A stretch of 64,000 bases of DNA from Octopus sinensis (taxonomy: Eukaryota). The notes beneath the pieces were generated by a model. The model was not told the DNA's origin. It ran no database searches and saw only the letters and a list, made by a program, of their open reading frames with translations. A program made the position numbers and the translations under genes. Positions 57,823 to 64,000 of this stretch are shown here, piece after piece (positions within the stretch are counted from its first letter, which is position 1; every line of letters starts with the position of its first letter). The DNA lies in the NCBI RefSeq assembly GCF_006345805.1, contig NC_043009.1, positions 64,666,001-64,730,000 on the forward strand, in the 5' to 3' direction.

Positions 57823-60255
57823 GGCCCCCTCCACAAAAATTTCAGGCCTTGTACCTAGAGTAGAAAAGAATATATATATATATCAAAAGGATGTGTTATA
57901 ATTCTATTCCAGAGCCATACCAACAATCCAATGATACTATTCTACAAATACAAAACAGCCAAGTCGATGAGTTGAGAGATTTGACTCATTGAGAAGATCC
58001 CTGTTGTAATTTTGCAACGAGCCAGCTTTGATTGAGCTAGCCATGACTTACTGATCCCTTTGTAATTCAGCCCCAGGTTTTATGATCATAGACATTCCAA
58101 AAAAGACCATTGCAACATTTTTTTATTCAGCCTTTCACATTACATGTATTTTTTTTATTGTAGGTAATACATTTGTATTTGCATATACATGCATGTATGT
58201 GTATGTGTGTATATGCATGTATATACACATTCTGTTCTGAAACTTGTAAACGCATAATTTACCTGTGATTTCTAGCAGATAAAGAGTCCAGAGAGCTCCT
58301 TTCTATTTAAAAGAAGCAAAAATGATTTAAAATGAAAAAAGCCAAACAAACCAACTTGTGACAAGATTTCATTTCAGAAAACATTCTTTATTAAGAAAAA
58401 AGCAGTAATTATACAAAAGATATATATTTAAATATGTATAACAAACCGTGGATTTATCTTTGAATATCCATGAACAAAATAATGATCATAGTAGGCATAG
58501 TAGTAGTACTAGTAATAATGTGCTCAAATTTTGCCACAAGGGCAGCAATTTGGGAGGAGGGGGTAAGTCACTTACATTGACCACAGTACACAACTGGTAC
58601 TTATTTTATCAACCCTGAAAGGATGAAAGGTAAAGTCGACCTTGGCGGAATTTGAACTCAGAACGTAGCGATGGGCAAAATACCGCTAAGTATTTCATCC
58701 AGCACGTTAACGAGTCTGCCAGCTTGCCACCTTAATAATAATAATAATAGTAATAATAACAATAATAATAATAACAACAACAACATTTTTAAAAATACTA
58801 AATTTTCTACATTATTTCTGATTTTAATATAAAGTAGTTGATATATAAACTTTGCCTAGTTATAACCATTTCAGTATTTTGTAAAAAATATAAAACAAAA
58901 TATTCCCAGTATATTTGACACTCGGTTTCACAAAATTACCATATATATTTCTATGTATAGTAATCTGCATACTACATATATATTTATATATATATATATA
59001 TATATATACATAACATATAAATATAAAACTATATGTAAATAGTATATAATATAAAAGCAATATATTATATATATAATATATATTAATTGTATGATAATAT
59101 ATAAATAACAGAATGCATTTATAATATAAACATACATATATAGAGATATAGATGTATACATATATATTTATATATGCAAATATATATATACTTTATATAT
59201 ACACATATATATTCATACATATATACACACACACATATATATATATAAAAACACACAAATATACCTATATATATATATGTGTGTATGTGTAGAGAGAGAG
59301 AGAATTCACAAAAGAACAAAAGACGAAGACAGGTGGTGTAGACAACAAACAGATGTATTATTATGTGTGCATATGAGTACGTATATATATATATTAGTAT
59401 AATGTGTGCATATATGTATATATATATAAACATGTATATGTGTGTGTGTGTGCGTATGCACATATACTTATATATATACATATATATATATATGTGTGTA
59501 TATATATATGTGTATGTGTGTGTGTGTATGCATATAAATGTATACACCGTCAACATGGCCTGAGCCAATACTACCCGGAACTGGATTACATATGTATGTG
59601 CACAACTACAGACATACATACATACATATATATATATGTATATATATACACACACACACACACGTTTTTATATCCACATGAAAGATTAAAATGAGAAGCT
59701 ATCCAACAGGTGATGAGAACACCTGCTGTGCTGTTTCAAACCCTAGCCCTGTCTTCTTGGATCTCTTTACACTATCACATATGCACCATACCCTGGCTTG
59801 TGTACTGCTTCTTCAAAGTGTGACACCCTTTGCATCACTCAGCCACCCTGGTATCACAAGATAAGGTTAACACATTTTGTTTGGCTTTTGAAGCCTTTCG
59901 CATTCAGTTTATGACATTACATATATTTTTTTTTATTGTAGTACTACATTTGCATATATACATGCATGTATGTGTATGTGTGCATATGCATGTATACATA
60001 CATATAAGTGTATATGTGCAATACGTATAATTTAATGTGCACTGTATTAAAATAAGAGTTGCTAATAGTTTCTTGTGGGTCGTTATACTGTGCCGTGTGT
60101 CTCCAAGCAATCTATAGGCTCTGAACACATGGTTTGTTCTATTTGAAAAACAAGATGCTGGTACATGAGACACCATAAGAAAATACCTTCTTTCCTGATC
60201 CTGCCTTAACAGAACAGTAAACTACATATAAATGTGTGTATGTGTATGTATATAT

Positions 60256-60304
<49 letters not shown>

Positions 60305-60445
60305 TATATATATATAATATATATATATATATCATCACTTAATAATGTTCGTTGTCCATGCTGGTCAAACCATCCAACCCATGCCAGTATGGACAACAGA
60401 CATTAAATGATGACAATGATGATATATATAATGTATATATATAAC

Positions 60446-60916
60446 ACTACAAAATTAGAAAATGGAGAAACATACTTAAATCAATCCAATATCAACCATC
60501 AGATGATACCCAATCAATACTTTATTACACCATTACATAACAGTAAAGGCATTATACAAAATATATAGTAAATATAATTAGACAATGAAATAGACATATA
60601 AAATATAAAATATAATATATAATTATATCATAGTGGGGCATCCTTGTTAATGTCTCATTTATACCTGCCTTATATGGCTTATAGGTTAAATGAGGCATGC
60701 TTGCCCTTACGGCCGAAACAGCTGTCAGATATGATATAATTATATATTATATTTTATATTTTATATGTCTATTTCATTGTCTAATTATATTTACTATATA
60801 TTTTGTATAATGCCTTTACTGTTATGTAATGGTGTAATAAAGTATTGATTGGGTATCATCTGATGGTTGATATTGGGTTGATTTAAGTATGTTTCTCCAT
60901 TTTCTAATTTTGTAGT
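60446..60916. repeat. Near-perfect inverted repeat (about 187-bp arms)
   Basis: 60446-60632 versus 60730-60916; one mismatch seen. Confidence 0.9.
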
Positions 60917-61124
60917 ATTAATTTACGGTAATAATTTTACCTTTGCCCACATAATACAGTAGATGAATTAATTGCATGGCAATTTTTAACATTTATGTAT
61001 TAGTATTGTTGGGTACCTCTCTAGCAGTATATTGGATATATGTTATCCCATGGTGGGTTGAATTTTCAACCCCTATCTCATTTTATAATGTATATATATA
61101 TATATATATATACATACACATATA

Positions 61125-61483
61125 GGCTCAGGAGTGGCTGTGTGGTAAGTAGCTTGCTTACCAACCACATGATTCTGGGTTCAGTCCCACTGTGTGACAC
61201 CTTGGACAAGTGTCTTCTACTATAGCCTCGGGCCAACCAAGGCCTTATGAGTGGATTTAGTAGATGGAAACTGAAAGAAGCCCAGCGTATATATGTATAT
61301 GGATATGTGTGTCTGTGTTTGTCCCCACCAACATCGCTTGACAACCAATGCTGGTGTGTTTATGTCCCCGTAACTTAGCAGTTCGGCAAAAGAGACCGAT
61401 AGAATAAGTACTAGGCTTACAAAGAATAAGTCCCGGGGTCAATTTCTTCTGGCCGCAGTCAAATGACTGAAACAAGTAAAAGA
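61125..61483 (+). mobile_element. SINE family A
   Basis: Match to 14386-14795. Confidence 0.85.
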
Positions 61484-62895
61484 GAATATACATCTGTATA
61501 TATATAAATATATATATATCATCATCGTCGCTGTCCACTCTCTATGCTGGCATAGGTTGGACAGTTTAACTGAGGACTGGCAAGCCAGAAGGCTTCACCC
61601 GGCTCCAGTCTTATCTGGCAAAGTTTCTACAGCTGGATGCCCTTCCTAACGCCAACCACTCTGAGAAAGTAGTGGGTGCTTTTTACATGCCAGTGAGAAT
61701 TATACTCCATGTATAGCACAACTGCTTAGCACTCAAAGTTAATTTTCAGGAAACCTATATTTTGAATTTCACTCCTACCATGTATTTTCAATTCATCTTA
61801 ATCATTTTATTTCAGTTCAGCTCATCTTTTATCTAATTCATTCAAGCGATCTTATATAAAATACAATCTGGTACAGTGTAACTGAACTTCGATGCCTATG
61901 AACCAACGCACCAAATGTGATCCTTACCGAATATTAGTATCCCTGATGAAGAAAATAGTCATAATGGAATGGATTTTAAATTGATATCTACCCTTACCAC
62001 TATGTTCCTGAAACAAGCGTAGGACGTATACATTAATTTGAACTTCTCCCTTCGAACTTTCCATATACTCTTGTGAGCTTTAATAGTCTTTTCTACTCTA
62101 GGCACAAGGCCTGAAATTTTGGGGGAGTGGGCCAGTCGATTAGATTGACCCCAGTACGCAACCCGTACTTAATTTATCAACACCAGAAGGATGAAAGGCA
62201 AAGTCAACCTTGGTGGAATTTGAACTCAGAATGTAAAGAGAGATGAAATACCACTAAGCATTTCGCCCAGCATGCTAACGTTTCTGCCAGCCAGCTGGCT
62301 TTATGTGAGCTTTAATATTAGCACCACTAACGTGATGAACCGATCCTGTATGTACAAATTTATATAAAGTGATATATATTTTTCTGAAGCATTTAATGGA
62401 TTGAAGTTTTACTTTTCATATACAGACTGATAACCCAGAATTTTGTCTCAAATCCAGAATCTTCCATAATATCATCATCATCATTTTTCCATACTGGCAT
62501 GGGTTGGACGGTTTCACTGAGTTTTGGAGAGCCAGTGGCTGTACCAGGCTCCAATCTGATCTGGCAAGGTTTCTAAAGCTGGATGCCCTTCCTAATGCCA
62601 ACCACTCTGAGAGTGTAGTAGATGCTTTTTACGTGTGACCAGCACAGGAGCCAGTCATGTAGGCCTGGCATCGATCACGTTTGAATAGTGCTTTTTATGT
62701 GCCATCGGCATGGGGTTCAGTCAGAGAGTGCTGGCATCGACCACCTTCCGATGGTACTTTTTACTTGCCACTGGCACAGGAGCCATATATTGTGAACTTG
62801 GATCTTAGTAGTTTATCACTTGGAGCACTCAGGCAGTGTACCTATTAATTTAGATCACCAGTGGCCTAAACCCTTCCTATTTTGTATGTGTATGT

Positions 62896-62926
<31 letters not shown>

Positions 62927-62934
62927 GATATATG

Positions 62935-63272
62935 CAACACCCGTGGACATATTTACAAAGTCAGAAAACAGCAGAGCTCCCATGACTTCAGGAAACATTT
63001 TTTCACGCTCAGAGTTGCTGAAGCATGGAACAAACTGCCAGCATCAGTTGTTAGTTGTCGGAGCACTGCATCCTTCAAAACTTCCATGCTTTCTGAGATT
63101 CACCAACACTACACCTGATTTTCTCCCCTCAATACACATGCAAGCATGTATCTGACTCATACATTGTTTGCTTTCCAGACATTTCTACATTACTGCTTAT
63201 ACTTTATATGCACTTTCTGACAAGTTGTGGTGCACCTGAGCACTGTATACAATAATTTCATTATTGTTATTA
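62935..63272 (+). mobile_element. CR1-type LINE 3' fragment
   Basis: NTRGHIYKVRKQQSSHDFRKHFFTLRVAEAWNKLP, plus the same 3' UTR. Confidence 0.85.
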
Positions 63273-63700
63273 TGTATGATACACACATAGCGACATTCAC
63301 AGAATGACCAAATAAAGAAGAGAACAGGTGAAGAGAATAAAACAGAAAGCATCTTTATTTCATTCAGTTACATACACTGGGTTGTATAAATCTGTAGGTA
63401 TTTAATAAGTTTAAGTTCATTTAATTATTCACTAATAACAATTTCATATATTTTTCTTAGATAAGTATATATATATAGTTATATAACTGGTTTCAAAATT
63501 TTGGCACAAGGCCAGCAATTTTAGGAGCGGGAAATAAATGATTACATCAACCCCAGTATTCAACTGGTATTTATTTTATTGACCCCCGAAGGGATGAAAG
63601 GTAACATCAATGTCGGCAAAATATGAACTGAGAATGTAAAGAGCATTTTGTCTGATGTGCAAATGGTTCGGCCAACTTACAGAGCTATATATATACATAC

Positions 63701-63738
<38 letters not shown>

Positions 63739-63855
63739 TATATATACATACATATATATATACATATATATATACATATATATATACATACATAAACATA
63801 CATACACATATATACATACATATTCATACATATATACATATATATATATATATCT

Positions 63856-63965
<110 letters not shown>

Positions 63966-64000
63966 AGGCACATGGCTCAGTGGTTAGAGCATTGAGCTTA

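Overview
Eukaryotic, AT- and microsatellite-rich DNA, most consistent with an octopus genome (judged from the SINE families). Almost all listed ORFs are microsatellite or SINE artefacts. Reading splice signals on the minus strand reconstructs one real multi-exon gene (about 51389 down to 21125; up to 17 exons, GT-AG introns, phase-consistent). Its N-terminus (LGKGILEGKRIRIDEDGFENFDDYF) resembles the Mif2/CENP-C N-terminal motif. The gene carries seven tandemly duplicated, symmetric (phase 1-1) 84-96 nt exons encoding a basic SP-rich repeat, the last frameshifted. It also has an intronic inverted copy of its own exon 4 that brackets an in-frame block of exons 5-8. The gene runs into a 100-N scaffold gap, and I found no CENP-C motif or cupin exons. 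The rest is SINEs, CR1/RTE/R4-like LINE fragments, Penelope-like remnants with hammerhead-like cores and inverted repeats, a Helitron and several MITEs. All alignments and translations were done by eye; no database searches were run.
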